Positions 1 through 10,080 of a stretch of 64,000 bases of DNA are shown here, piece by piece. Below the pieces are notes generated by a model. The model was given only the letters and a program-made list of their open reading frames with translations, did no database searches and was not told where the DNA came from. The DNA lies in the NCBI GenBank assembly GCA_035564175.1, contig DATMUM010000088.1, forward strand, positions 53,529-117,528, given 5' to 3'. This DNA is from Mobilitalea sp. GTDB taxonomy: Bacteria; Bacillota; Clostridia; Lachnospirales; Lachnospiraceae. Every line of letters starts with the position of its first letter. Position 1 is the stretch's first letter. The translations under genes were made by a program, and so were the position numbers.

Positions 1-458
1 GGTAAGTGGAGAAAATGCAGGACATTGTTTAACACGCCGGTCTTTTCCAGGATATTCTGCCATGCAATAGTTCTTAACAGAAAGTTCATCCACATGGGAA
101 GAATGATAATCAGCACAATAAAGCTGTTGCTTTTCATCTTTGAATTATTCAGGATAATGGCAAGCGGATATGCAAGCAGAAGGCAGATGATTGTACTGAC
201 GATGGAGAGCTCGAGTGCCAGGATTAAGGCCTTTTGGTTAATGGGATCAGCGATTAATTCAAGATTACTCAGGGTGAAACCACCTTCATTTGCAGTAAAT
301 CCGTAATATACAATCATAATTAAGGGTATGATGATAAATCCTATCATCCATACCAGATAGGGAAAGGAAAGCCATTTTACACTTAATGTATGGGGTACCT
401 GTAATCCGTTCTTGGAGGATTTCTCCAACGATTCTTTCGATATTTTATTTGTATTCAT
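1..458 (-). CDS. potB: Spermidine/putrescine ABC transporter permease PotB (3' end outside window)
   Basis: Manual translation from ATG 458 (RBS AGGAG): ...WLSFPYLVWMIGFIIIPLIMIVYYG...LLAYPLA...ILPMWMNFLLRTIAW; directly downstream of potA. Confidence 0.9.
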   Translation of the reverse strand, partial: MNTNKISKESLEKSSKNGLQVPHTLSVKWLSFPYLVWMIGFIIIPLIMIVYYGFTANEGGFTLSNLELIADPINQKALILALELSIVSTIICLLLAYPLAIILNNSKMKSNSFIVLIIILPMWMNFLLRTIAWQNILEKTGVLNNVLHFLHL

Positions 459-507
459 AGGATATCAGCTCCTATACTTTATTTTTCGTAAATTACTATC
501 AGTTTAA

Positions 508-1584
508 TTATTGAGCGATTTCAGCAGCCTGCTCATCCTCGGATTCTGGTTTATTCATGATCTGGATATCATAAGGATCAACCTTAATACCTACTTCGCT
601 TCCGACCGGAGACAGATCTGTGGAATGAACCAGCCATTCCCTGCCATTAGCCATAACCTCCATCTCATAATGGACACCCTTGAACAGAAGAGAGGTGACT
701 CTTCCGGTAATAATACCTTCCTCCGGCTTGACGAGATCAATATCTTCGGGGCGGATTACAACATCGACCGGTTTGTTCTTGCCAAATCCGATATCAACGC
801 AGGGAAAATTCGCCCCCAGTATAGTAACCAGTTTATCCTCAACCATAATCGAAGGAATGATATTACTGTCACCGATAAAGTCAGCTACAAAGGCATTTTC
901 GGGTTCGTTATAGATTTTCTCCGGAGTTCCGATCTGCTGGATATAACCTTGATTCATAACCACGATGGTATCAGACATCGTTAATGCTTCCTCCTGATCA
1001 TGGGTAACATAGACGAACGTAATTCCTAATTCATTCTTTAGACGGATCAGCTCGTACTGCATATCCTGACGAAGCTTTAAATCCAATGCACCAAGGGGTT
1101 CGTCAAGGAGAAGAACTTTGGGTTCGTTTACGATGGCTCTCGCGATGGCGATACGCTGTTGCTGGCCGCCGCTTAAGGAATCCGGCATACGGTTTTCGAA
1201 GCCATCCAGGTTAACAAGCTTCAATGCATATTTGATTTTATCCTGTATGTATGCTTTGGACTTTTTCTTGATTTTCAATCCAAATGCAATGTTTTCTGCA
1301 ATTGTCATATGACTAAAAAGTGCATATTTCTGGAATACCGTATTCAGCTGACGTTCATTGGGAGGAAGCTTTGTAATATCCTTTCCTTCAAAAATAACCT
1401 GCCCTTTATTCGGTGTCTCAAATCCGCCGATAATCCTTAAGGTAGTTGTTTTACCACAGCCGGAAGGACCCAGAAGGGTTACGAATTCATTTTCACGTAT
1501 ATATAAATTCAAATCATCCAGTACAACAGTATCTCCGAATGATTTTGTGATGTTCATCAGATTGATTAATTTATTATCCGTCAT
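508..1584 (-). CDS. potA: Spermidine/putrescine ABC transporter ATP-binding protein
   Basis: Walker [41 protein letters not shown] and C-terminal TOBE-like region. Confidence 0.95.
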   Translation of the reverse strand: MTDNKLINLMNITKSFGDTVVLDDLNLYIRENEFVTLLGPSGCGKTTTLRIIGGFETPNKGQVIFEGKDITKLPPNERQLNTVFQKYALFSHMTIAENIAFGLKIKKKSKAYIQDKIKYALKLVNLDGFENRMPDSLSGGQQQRIAIARAIVNEPKVLLLDEPLGALDLKLRQDMQYELIRLKNELGITFVYVTHDQEEALTMSDTIVVMNQGYIQQIGTPEKIYNEPENAFVADFIGDSNIIPSIMVEDKLVTILGANFPCVDIGFGKNKPVDVVIRPEDIDLVKPEEGIITGRVTSLLFKGVHYEMEVMANGREWLVHSTDLSPVGSEVGIKVDPYDIQIMNKPESEDEQAAEIAQ

Positions 1585-1605
1585 CGGACTTCCTCCTTGT
1601 TATCG

Positions 1606-2145
1606 TTAAAAGCTGGGCGGCGTTGATACCCACAGAAGGGTAGCACCGGTTTTTTCGGAAGCGGTAATATAATGCTGTTTATTCGCGGTAAAATAGAACG
1701 ATTCCCCTTTTTTCAGCTTATAGGTCCGATTGCCGATGTGCAGGGTAATGGTGCCGTTGAGAATGTATCCGAATTCTTCACCCTCGTGCGGATTGTCAGG
1801 ATAAGTAGAACCACCTGCATCCAGTGTAAGAAGAATTGGCTCCATAATGTTCTTCTGCGCGTTTGGAATGATCCATTTTACTTCATTCTTCAGTTCAGTA
1901 TCGTATTTTTCAAAATAATCTGATTTTTTGAAAACTACCTGCTCGGCAGTCGTTCCGCTAAAAAACTCCTCGAGGTTAGTTCCAAGACATTGAAGGATAT
2001 CGACAAGAGTAGCGATGGATGGCGATGTTAAGTCACGTTCCAGCTGGGAAATGAACCCCTTCGATAATTCGGCACGGTCGGCCAGCTCCTCCTGCGTCAG
2101 ACTCTTTTGAATGCGTAATTCCTTGATCTTTGATCCGATATTCAT
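1606..2145 (-). CDS. XRE-family HTH + cupin transcriptional regulator (PuuR-like) heading the pot operon
   Basis: N-terminal LTQEELADRAELSKGFISQLER HTH; cupin HEGEEFGYIL; conserved position before potA. Confidence 0.9.
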   Translation of the reverse strand: MNIGSKIKELRIQKSLTQEELADRAELSKGFISQLERDLTSPSIATLVDILQCLGTNLEEFFSGTTAEQVVFKKSDYFEKYDTELKNEVKWIIPNAQKNIMEPILLTLDAGGSTYPDNPHEGEEFGYILNGTITLHIGNRTYKLKKGESFYFTANKQHYITASEKTGATLLWVSTPPSF

Positions 2146-2176
2146 GAAGTACTTCCTTTCAAATTCTTACTGACAA

Positions 2177-2244
2177 TAAACTTTAAGTTTAGTTACGCTA
2201 AACCGCAACAATATAAATTATACCGATATATATTTTATTGTCAA
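2177..2244 (-). promoter_or_regulatory. SigA promoter of the pot operon with overlapping palindromic operator candidates
   Basis: TTGACA (2244-2239)-N16-TATAAT (2222-2217); palindromes TAAAC-N5-GTTTA (2177-2191) and GTTTAG-N5-CTAAAC (2187-2203) just downstream. Confidence 0.6.
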
Positions 2245-2341
2245 TAAGTTTTCATAAATTATCCAACAAATTTAAATTAAGTAAGAACGACATCAGAAAA
2301 CGTGTTATAAATAGAATAAAAGATAATAAAAGGTGTAATAC

Positions 2342-2386
2342 AAAACTAAGGCAGGTACTTCGTCTGATCGAAGTATCTGCCTTAGT
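2342..2386 (-). terminator. Intrinsic terminator of aroC
   Basis: ACTAAGGCAGGTACTTCG...CGAAGTATCTGCCTTAGT inverted repeat with T-run on the minus strand. Confidence 0.8.
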
Positions 2387-2407
2387 CACTTCTTATATTA
2401 ATTTTAT

Positions 2408-3511
2408 CTAACGACAGTAAAAATCACGGATCTTACTTAACTGTGAGGTCATTCCCACAAACAGCTGGTCAACGAGGGTGACAGCTACCATGGACTCAAC
2501 CACAACGACAGCACGGGGGACAATGATCGGATCATGGCGTCCTTGAATCTGGATTTCAATGTTTTCCTTCTCTTTATTAACCGTATGCTGTGGCCGGAAA
2601 ATCGAAGGAGTCGGTTTTACGGCTGCACGAAGTATAATATCGGAGCCATCACTCATACCGCCTAAGATTCCTCCGGCATGGTTGCTTGTTTTTGATAGCT
2701 TCATGTCTTCATTATAAACAAAGGAATCATTATTCTCGGAACCGGTTGAGCAGGCTGCCTGAAAACCATCGCCGATTTCCACACCCTTAACAGCGCCGAT
2801 TGACATTACAGCCTTAGCAAGAGAGGCATCCAATTTATCAAATACCGGCTCGCCGATACCGGCAGGCATTCCGGTAACAATACATTCGATGATACCGCCG
2901 ACGGAATTGTGCTCCTGCATCTGCTTTTGCAGATAATCCTCTGCCTTCTCCGAGGCCTCCAGATCCGGCATGGAGAGGGGGCTAAGGTGTGCTTTGTTTA
3001 AATCAGCCTTTTCAGAATTGATGGTAATAGGTCCGATGGATTTCGTATATGCACGAACCTTAATACCAAGCTCTTTTAAAATAGCACAGGCAACTGCACC
3101 TGCAGCAACCCTGCCGATGGTCTCACGACCAGAAGAACGGCCGCCTCCGCGATAATCACGGAAACCGTATTTCTGATCGAAGGTATAATCAGCATGTCCT
3201 GGACGATAATAGGAAGCTATTTTGGAATAGTCGCCGGAACGCTGATTCTCGTTATAAATAATTAAAGAGATCGGAGTTCCTGTACTTCGTCCTTCAAATA
3301 CACCGGATAGAATACTAACCTTATCATCTTCGCTCCGGGGAGTGGAAAACTTGGTCTGTCCTGGCTTCCTTCTGTTAAGATAGCTCTGGATATACTGCTC
3401 ATCCAATAGTAAACCTGCGGGGCAGCCATCAATGACTACACCAATTCCATTGCCGTGGGATTCACCCCAGGTCGTTATTTTAAATATAGTTCCATATATG
3501 GATCCTGACAT
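2408..3511 (-). CDS. aroC: Chorismate synthase
   Basis: [45 protein letters not shown] motifs. Confidence 0.97.
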   Translation of the reverse strand: MSGSIYGTIFKITTWGESHGNGIGVVIDGCPAGLLLDEQYIQSYLNRRKPGQTKFSTPRSEDDKVSILSGVFEGRSTGTPISLIIYNENQRSGDYSKIASYYRPGHADYTFDQKYGFRDYRGGGRSSGRETIGRVAAGAVACAILKELGIKVRAYTKSIGPITINSEKADLNKAHLSPLSMPDLEASEKAEDYLQKQMQEHNSVGGIIECIVTGMPAGIGEPVFDKLDASLAKAVMSIGAVKGVEIGDGFQAACSTGSENNDSFVYNEDMKLSKTSNHAGGILGGMSDGSDIILRAAVKPTPSIFRPQHTVNKEKENIEIQIQGRHDPIIVPRAVVVVESMVAVTLVDQLFVGMTSQLSKIRDFYCR

Positions 3512-3685
3512 ATCATTACCTCCAATTCACCGCTTACGGCGGCATATAAACTATCAATCATGATCAATGATTGGGAACATCATCCTGTGAAATATCATCA
3601 TAAGTATAATGGAAATGGGAAGGAGATTCAATCATTTTAAGGACATTTATATAAATTTATCATATATTAGAATGATAACATAATT

Positions 3686-3922
3686 TTGAGGCATGAAATG
3701 GGCAAGCAGATATACTCTTCCGGAAATCATTCCGGATTTCAATATGATAGAAGTAATAATGCGAACCTTGGCAAAACAGAAACCAACCCTGGAAACAAAA
3801 AACCAAAGGCGGATGAGGATTTGATCATTGAGGATAATACGGTCTATGAAATAGACAGGGAATGCTATGAACGACTAAAAAAGCAAAGAAGACGTAAAGT
3901 TCAGGATAAGAAAAACATATAA
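3686..3922 (+). CDS. Small hypothetical protein, probably sporulation-related (start may be ATG 3698)
   Basis: ORF with conserved-looking DEDLIIEDNTVYEIDREC core and basic tail; upstream AC-N16-CATATATT SigK-like promoter; ends at terminator. Confidence 0.6.
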   Translation: MRHEMGKQIYSSGNHSGFQYDRSNNANLGKTETNPGNKKPKADEDLIIEDNTVYEIDRECYERLKKQRRRKVQDKKNI

Positions 3923-3955
3923 AAAGAAAAGCTGCGTTTCCCGCAGCTTTTCTTT
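3923..3955. terminator. Bidirectional intrinsic terminator
   Basis: AAAGAAAAGCTGCG-TTTCC-CGCAGCTTTTCTTT between convergent ORFs. Confidence 0.85.
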
Positions 3956-3986
3956 CTCTTGGTCAGTTGTTCGTCGGTTTTAATTT

Positions 3987-4205
3987 TTAGAAAAAGCCAT
4001 TACCGCCACCGCAGCAGCAGCAGAGGAGAATGATGATCCAAATAAAACTACCGCAGCCTCCTTCAGAGCCGCAACCGCCGCCAAAGCCACCACCAAAACC
4101 GGAGCCACCACTACCGCAGCAGCATAATAAGAGTATGATGATAAATATACAGCTACAATCATTACTTCTTCCTGATTCGCAATGGGTTGCTTGTAAATCA
4201 CTCAT
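3987..4205 (-). CDS. Small Cys/Gly-rich hydrophobic protein (putative spore coat/exosporium peptide)
   Basis: Strong RBS AGGAGG; two IFIIILLLCCC/FIWIIILLCCCC repeats separated by Gly-rich linker; upstream CATATGATA mother-cell sigma-like -10. Confidence 0.75.
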   Translation of the reverse strand: MSDLQATHCESGRSNDCSCIFIIILLLCCCGSGGSGFGGGFGGGCGSEGGCGSFIWIIILLCCCCGGGNGFF

Positions 4206-4350
4206 TGAATGTTCCTCCTAATATTAATTACAATGTATCATATGTAGCTGAGCTTGACTGATTTCCTATTTTTAGAAATTAAAATAGATTTTTTTGTAGA
4301 CATTATGATAAAAATATTCGTTATATGTAATGCGGAATAAAATGAATTAT

Positions 4351-4393
4351 TTGTAGCTACAGCTACAATATGGGACGTGGATTTGGATATAAT
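4351..4393 (+). promoter_or_regulatory. Crp/Fnr-type (HcpR2-like) palindrome upstream of the cupin gene promoter
   Basis: TTGTAGC-TACA-GCTACAA (4351-4368), centred about 41 nt before the inferred start; -10 TATAAT at 4388-4393. Confidence 0.55.
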
Positions 4394-4435
4394 AGAAATA
4401 GAATTGCAGATTAAATATAGGAAAGGGGATAAACC

Positions 4436-4780
4436 ATGGAATCAACAAATCAATATAAAATGAAGAACATTGAGGTAGCAAAGCTACTAAAACTTGAGGA
4501 CGAAGTCAGCTATCAGAAAGGACAGGTTGTCAGTAAAACCCTGGTTCAGAATAAAAATGTCAGTATAACCTTGTTCTCCTTTGACAAAGGAGAAGAAATC
4601 AGCTCACACTCCTCAGATGGGGACGCGATGGTTTCCGTTATTGATGGAACCGGCAGATTTACGGTAGGCGATGAGACCTTTCTGGTAAGTAAGGGTGAAA
4701 CACTGATTATGCCAAATCAGGTTTCTCATGCAGTATATGGAGAAGAACAGTTTAAGATGCTTCTGACGGTCATCTTCTAA
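4436..4780 (+). CDS. Cupin domain protein
   Basis: TLFSFDKGEEISSHS...G.G.F.VG...LIMP...HAV cupin_2 pattern. Confidence 0.9.
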   Translation: MESTNQYKMKNIEVAKLLKLEDEVSYQKGQVVSKTLVQNKNVSITLFSFDKGEEISSHSSDGDAMVSVIDGTGRFTVGDETFLVSKGETLIMPNQVSHAVYGEEQFKMLLTVIF

Positions 4781-4880
4781 ATATTTATAATAATACAAAT
4801 TTTATTGTAAATATTACATGGGATTAATAACCAATCTGTGATAACATTTCAAACGAAATCAATTATTCAGGAGGGTTATT

Positions 4881-5765
4881 ATGAAAAAATTTGTAGTTAT
4901 TTTGATTGCATTTATTCTGATTCTTCAGGGGTGTTCAAGCGCTAAGGACAAGGATGATTCACAGGCCTCTTCCACAGACATAACTACCGCAGCGACTGCA
5001 ACACCTTCAGTTACAGCAGCCGCGACGGATACACCGGTACCGGCTACTGCAACACCGCTTCCACCGCAGTTGGTTCTTCCCATTACTACGAATGATACGG
5101 GCAAGGTTCTGATCCAAACCGTTTCTACTTCTACGACGTATCGTACGAACTCCTTTCTTATTACTTCTGTGAATGGAGAATCGGTTGTGGTTGATCCTAC
5201 CTCGATACCGGCGAAAGCAGTAGTTGATCTTAATCCGGCAGCGATTGTCAGTACCCATAATCATTCGGATCATACCGATGCAAATTTTGTAAAGGAATAT
5301 CCGGACGCCCAGACCTTATTTTTCACGGATGGAGAACTGCAGACAAAGGATTTTCATATCTACTCGATTAAAGCATCCCATAATGACGACAACATCAATG
5401 GCAGTGATTACATTATGGTATTTGAAGTAGATGGTTTAAGAATTGCACATATGGGTGATATCGGCCAGAATACCTTGACAGAGGATCAGCTGGCTGCTCT
5501 TGGAGAAATCGATATTGCCTTTATGCAGTTTGAAAACAGCTATTCCAGTATGACCCTGGACAATATGAAGGGATTTAACCTGATAGAGCAGGTAAATCCA
5601 AAGATTATCATACCAACCCACTATGGTTATAAAACCCTTGATAAATTCAAAGAGAAGTATGGCAAGACAACAGAAATAGAGAATATCCTGGAAATTTCCA
5701 AAGAAGATCTTCCGGATACTGCCTTAAATGTTTATATGATGTCCAACGATCATAAATATAAATAA
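4881..5765 (+). CDS. Lipoprotein with metallo-beta-lactamase-fold hydrolase domain
   Basis: Lipobox LQGC, Thr/Ala/Pro linker, THNHSDH, HMGD and PTHY metal motifs. Confidence 0.85.
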   Translation: MKKFVVILIAFILILQGCSSAKDKDDSQASSTDITTAATATPSVTAAATDTPVPATATPLPPQLVLPITTNDTGKVLIQTVSTSTTYRTNSFLITSVNGESVVVDPTSIPAKAVVDLNPAAIVSTHNHSDHTDANFVKEYPDAQTLFFTDGELQTKDFHIYSIKASHNDDNINGSDYIMVFEVDGLRIAHMGDIGQNTLTEDQLAALGEIDIAFMQFENSYSSMTLDNMKGFNLIEQVNPKIIIPTHYGYKTLDKFKEKYGKTTEIENILEISKEDLPDTALNVYMMSNDHKYK

Positions 5766-5833
5766 TTAGAAAATTTATTATTAGTTTACAAGGCATTTGC
5801 CATCTATTATAATATTTACAAATATTACAATAA

Positions 5834-6757
5834 ATGGCAGGTGCTTTTATGTTATTTTATACCGTAGGGTTTAATCACTATATAGGTTACATATTTCCCG
5901 CTTCTGTTACAGATGGACTCCAGGAACTGAACAGGGTGGAGGCAAAGGATTTCTACAAGATTATCTTTATCAAAACCGGACCATGTCATTTTCTGATGAA
6001 TGAAAAGGAATTTATCCTGACGGGTGCCTGCGCTATCTGCATGAATGAAAAGGACAGAATCAGTTTCCTTGACGTTCAGGAGGATTCTGCTAAGATATTG
6101 TGGTTCAAGCCTTCCATAATCAATGGGAAATTTAATTTTGAGGTTATTAGTAATCCAAATCGTCTGTTATCCTCGACCGAACATCAGGATTATTATTATA
6201 TTAAACAATTTAACACGGAAGCCAGACCATCGATGAAAATCCTGTCTCTATATGCCATTGATTCAACGACAATAGAAAATAAGCTCCAATTGATTAAGGA
6301 ATTGCTTCTATTTCAAAGTTCTGACAGCTGGCCCTGCAGAAGCCGGTCCTATATCTTCGAAATCCTATTCTGTCTTGCAAGACAGGAGGAGGACGAGCAG
6401 CTAGCGAATAACTTAATCCTTTATGAAGGAAGGTCAAGGCTGGCGATCGATGTGATCTATTATCTCCAGACCTGTTACAACCAGAAAATAACAATAGAGA
6501 AGCTGGCTGAGGAATTTCATACGAACAGGACTACTTTACTCAACGATTTTAAAAAATATACCGGGCAATCCATAAATAATTATTTGATCCAGCTGCGGCT
6601 GATGATGGCTTCAACGCTTCTAAGGGATACGGAGCTGCCGGTGGATGAAATATGTGACAGAACGGGCTTTTACGACATCAGTTATTTCAGTAAGGTATTC
6701 AAGAAAAGGTTGAATCATACCCCTTCCGAGTATCGTAAAATAAATCATTTGAACTAG
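5834..6757 (+). CDS. AraC-family transcriptional regulator
   Basis: C-terminal double HTH (GFYDISYFSKVFKKRLNHTPSEYR). Confidence 0.92.
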   Translation: MAGAFMLFYTVGFNHYIGYIFPASVTDGLQELNRVEAKDFYKIIFIKTGPCHFLMNEKEFILTGACAICMNEKDRISFLDVQEDSAKILWFKPSIINGKFNFEVISNPNRLLSSTEHQDYYYIKQFNTEARPSMKILSLYAIDSTTIENKLQLIKELLLFQSSDSWPCRSRSYIFEILFCLARQEEDEQLANNLILYEGRSRLAIDVIYYLQTCYNQKITIEKLAEEFHTNRTTLLNDFKKYTGQSINNYLIQLRLMMASTLLRDTELPVDEICDRTGFYDISYFSKVFKKRLNHTPSEYRKINHLN

Positions 6758-6815
6758 AAAGCATAGTTATAATGGTAAAGCTGTCAGAATAGGATAATAA
6801 AAAAGACAGCGGAGC

Positions 6816-7985
6816 ATGGTTATGGTAAAAAAGCAAAAGGTCCAGGTTATTGTTCACTGCGAAGAATATGAGAAGAGACAGCAGCTTTTTGAGCATATCG
6901 GCTATATCAAATATAAACTTCCCATGATAAATGCATATGTGGTTGAGATTGAGGAAGAACAGCTTGATACCTTAAGGACAATGGAGGGTTTGTTGGAAAT
7001 GGAGCTTGACACCCACATAACGGCTCAGATGAATCGTGTCAGTGAAATCATTGAGAGCAACTGGGCGCATGAGCGGGGTTATCTTGGAAAAGGCGTAGGG
7101 GTTGCCATTGTTGATACCGGAATTGCACTGCATAAAGATTTTATAGAAGGCGGCAACAGAGTTGTTGCTTTTGTTGATTTTATTAATCAGAGAACGGAAC
7201 CCTATGATGATAACGGACATGGAACTCATGTTGCCGGTATCATCGGAGGAAATGGATATTCCTCGAAGGGTAAATATAAGGGCGTGGCCCCGGAATGTAA
7301 TTTTATCGGAGTAAAAGTTCTGGACCACCGCGGAGACGGTAATATATCCGATGTCCTGGCAGGTTTGCAGTGGGTAATGGATAACCGTAAAAAATATAAT
7401 ATCCGGATTGTAAACATATCCGTCGGAACCTCCTCGAAGGATAATCTTGATGAGAATTCTTTGCTTGTCCAGGGAGTGAATGCAGTATGGGATCATGGAA
7501 TCGTTGTAGTTGTAGCTGCCGGTAATAACGGGCCGGGACCGATGTCGATTTCAACGCCAGGTATCAGTAGAAAGGTAATAACCGTAGGCTCTTCGGATGA
7601 TAACATTGCTGTAGAGGTATTCGGCAGCGGACGCTCCAAAGATTATTCCGGACGGGGACCGACTCCCTTTTGTATTAAGAAACCGGATATCGTGGCTCCG
7701 GGCTCCAACATCATTTCCTGCAATATCAGCCGCTATTCGACCAGAAGTAAGAACGGCGAGCTACGACTGACCTCCAGTGATTCACCGATGATGTATACGA
7801 TTAAAAGTGGAACCTCCATGGCTACACCGGTTATATCCGGCTCAATTGCATTGTTATTGTCTGCCCGTCCCGGGCTGACAAACAGGGAAGTTAAATTAAA
7901 GCTGCGTGATTGCGCAGTTGATCTTGGACAACATTGGGAAAAACAGGGCTGGGGACTTCTCAATATCAGGCGTTTATTGGAATAA
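6816..7985 (+). CDS. Intracellular subtilisin-like S8 serine protease (AprX-like)
   Basis: DTG, HGTHVAG, AAGN, GTSMATP catalytic motifs; no signal peptide. Confidence 0.92.
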   Translation: MVMVKKQKVQVIVHCEEYEKRQQLFEHIGYIKYKLPMINAYVVEIEEEQLDTLRTMEGLLEMELDTHITAQMNRVSEIIESNWAHERGYLGKGVGVAIVDTGIALHKDFIEGGNRVVAFVDFINQRTEPYDDNGHGTHVAGIIGGNGYSSKGKYKGVAPECNFIGVKVLDHRGDGNISDVLAGLQWVMDNRKKYNIRIVNISVGTSSKDNLDENSLLVQGVNAVWDHGIVVVVAAGNNGPGPMSISTPGISRKVITVGSSDDNIAVEVFGSGRSKDYSGRGPTPFCIKKPDIVAPGSNIISCNISRYSTRSKNGELRLTSSDSPMMYTIKSGTSMATPVISGSIALLLSARPGLTNREVKLKLRDCAVDLGQHWEKQGWGLLNIRRLLE

Positions 7986-8028
7986 TGGAATAGTGGAATA
8001 ATAGAATAATGGAATATAGATACATTCT

Positions 8029-8053
8029 GCTGCAGTTAATACTGCAGCTTTTC
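8029..8053 (+). terminator. Intrinsic terminator after S8 protease
   Basis: GCTGCAGT-TAAT-ACTGCAGC followed by TTTT. Confidence 0.65.
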
Positions 8054-8165
8054 TTATTAGCAAGTGTTAAAGTTGCGCAAGTTATATCATTTGTTTCTCG
8101 TAAAATTACTGTAGAAATGTACAGAATGCACAAAACAGCTATGATAAAACTGATAATAGTATACA

Positions 8166-8219
8166 TTGACAACATAGCGATCGGATGGTATTCTATATAC
8201 ATGAACAACCGATTGCGCA
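8166..8219 (+). promoter_or_regulatory. SigA promoter and LacI-family operator of the galactan ABC operon
   Basis: TTGACA (8166)-N17-TATTCT with TG extension; CG-centred palindrome TGAACAAC-CG-ATTGCGCA (8202-8219); a second TTGCGCAA at 8073-8080. Confidence 0.65.
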
Positions 8220-8412
8220 ATGTTGTTACAGAGCTTCAATATCATAAATATATTGATGCAAAGTGAAAGTTTTACTACATATGAGTTAATAATATTAATG
8301 ATAAGACTCATAGAACACAATTTATAATGTAGAGGAGTAAGTGCAGGTTGTATCGAACGAAATTAAATTCTGCACAATGACATGCCGCAAGTGCGGCGGA
8401 AGGAGGAAGTTA

Positions 8413-9705
8413 ATGAAAAGAAAGTATTTAGCAGTTTTAATGTCAGTGCTTCTTGTTGGCACAATGTTTACTGCATGTGGTAAGAAAGCAGCAGAGGATA
8501 ATACGAACACTACTGACCAGACCACAGGTGATACATCTACGACTGACAATACCAAGGCTACCGCAGCACCTACACAGGCAGCAGTAAGCACAGAGCCTGT
8601 TACCTTAACCGTTTGGGAGTCCACAGGTGGTCCCGACGAATTTATCAAGCAGGCTGGCGAAGCATTTACTAAGAAATATCCGAATATTGCAATTAACTAC
8701 GTTAATGTTGAATTAGGCGATGCAACAACACAGATCGCATTAGATGGTCCTGCCGGAGTAGGTCCCGACTTATTTGCAGCACCTCATGACAAATTAGGTG
8801 AATTAGTATCCGGTGGACACGTATTACCTACTGTTGATCCTGATACAGTAAAAGCAGAAGTATTACCTTCCTGCGCATCAGCTCTTACCTATGATGGCAC
8901 AATGTACGGATACCCGGTATCTGCTGAAACTTATGCATTATTCTATAACAAAGCTCTTATTTCCGATGATCAGGTTCCGAAGACCTGGGATGACCTTGTA
9001 ACCTTCAGCAAGGATTTTAATTCTAAGAACAGCGGTAAATATGGCTTCGTAATGGATGTTGGAAATGGTTACTACACCATTATCTTTACAACCAGTGATA
9101 ACAACCGTTTATTTGGACTTAACGGAAATGATACAACTAACACCAATATTAACTCAGATGCATCTGTAAAAGGTATGCAGTTCTTCCAGGGCTTAAGAGC
9201 TATTCTTGATGTTCCGGCAGCTGATATGACAACCTCTATCTGTGATTCCGCATTCTCCAGCGGCAGCGCAGCTATGTATATCACAGGTTTATGGAATGTA
9301 AAGAACTTCAAGGATGCAGGCATTGATTTTGGCGTAGCTGCACTTCCTTCCTTACCTGGCAATGACACACCGGCAGCTTCTTTCTCCGGTACAAGATCCA
9401 TGTTCGTATCTGCTTACTCAGCACATCCGACAGAAGCAGCATTATTTGCACAGTTCTTATTAACCGAAGACATGCAGAAATTACGTTTTGATCTTACAGG
9501 ATCTCTTCCGTCAATCAATATGACAGTTGACAGTCCTTATATTAATGGCTTTTTAACACAGCTTAACTATGCATTCCCGATGCCTTCAATCCCTCAGATG
9601 AGTGCTTACTGGGATGCTATGAACGCTGCAAGTGCTAATATCTGGGATGGTGCAGATGTTAAAACTGAATTGGATGCATGTAATTCTACTATCTTAGGTC
9701 AGTAG
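8413..9705 (+). CDS. Galacto-oligosaccharide/maltodextrin-family ABC substrate-binding lipoprotein (GanS/CycB-like)
   Basis: RBS AGGAGG before ATG 8413, lipobox FTAC, LDGPAGVGPDLFAAPHD, PMPSIPQM..YW. Confidence 0.9.
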   Translation: MKRKYLAVLMSVLLVGTMFTACGKKAAEDNTNTTDQTTGDTSTTDNTKATAAPTQAAVSTEPVTLTVWESTGGPDEFIKQAGEAFTKKYPNIAINYVNVELGDATTQIALDGPAGVGPDLFAAPHDKLGELVSGGHVLPTVDPDTVKAEVLPSCASALTYDGTMYGYPVSAETYALFYNKALISDDQVPKTWDDLVTFSKDFNSKNSGKYGFVMDVGNGYYTIIFTTSDNNRLFGLNGNDTTNTNINSDASVKGMQFFQGLRAILDVPAADMTTSICDSAFSSGSAAMYITGLWNVKNFKDAGIDFGVAALPSLPGNDTPAASFSGTRSMFVSAYSAHPTEAALFAQFLLTEDMQKLRFDLTGSLPSINMTVDSPYINGFLTQLNYAFPMPSIPQMSAYWDAMNAASANIWDGADVKTELDACNSTILGQ

Positions 9706-9875
9706 AATAAAACAAGCACGAAAATCTCCTGAGTATTTAATTTCTGATAAGTATGCACTGGCATATTTGATCACCTCGGGTGACTTATTACAACGAACAT
9801 TTTGTAATTAACAGAATGTGAGTGCTTAATTGTTATTCATGTGGGTCTGACTACCTCTTTCCCTCATGCATATAT

Positions 9876-9906
9876 AGGGGTGTTGTATAATTGCAACGCC
9901 CCTTTT
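9876..9906 (+). terminator. Stem-loop/terminator after the binding-protein gene
   Basis: AGGGGTGTTG-TATAATTG-CAACGCCCCTTTT. Confidence 0.7.
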
Positions 9907-10009
9907 CCATAACAAGCGGAGCAAGACAGAATATATGCGAACATTAAGAACGAAAAGATACTTACACTTTGAATTAGTTTGTTTAAAGTTTAGTGGCACA
10001 GTACCTGAA

Positions 10010-10080
10010 AGAAGTTCAAAAAGAAATTCAAAAAGAAATTCAAAATGAAATTCAAAAAAAATTCAAAAAGAAATTCCAAT
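10010..10080. repeat. Imperfect 12-bp tandem repeat (AAAAGAAATTCA), about 6 copies
   Basis: gaagttcaaaaa gaaattcaaaaa gaaattcaaaat gaaattcaaaa aaaattcaaaaa gaaattccaat. Confidence 0.85.

Noticed and set aside
4030-4221. Pro-rich ORF on plus strand and Ala-rich ORF 3980-4201
   Set aside because: Shadow frames of the Gly/Cys-rich gene, which has the RBS
4881-5765. Beta-lactamase resistance gene
   Set aside because: MBL fold alone does not imply this activity; motif spacing fits the broader Zn-hydrolase subfamily
7981-8020. AATAATGG-type 8-bp repeats
   Set aside because: Low-complexity AT-rich sequence with no functional cue
9974-9987. TTAGTTTGTTTAAA resembling a xylO half-site
   Set aside because: No matching second half and no promoter context
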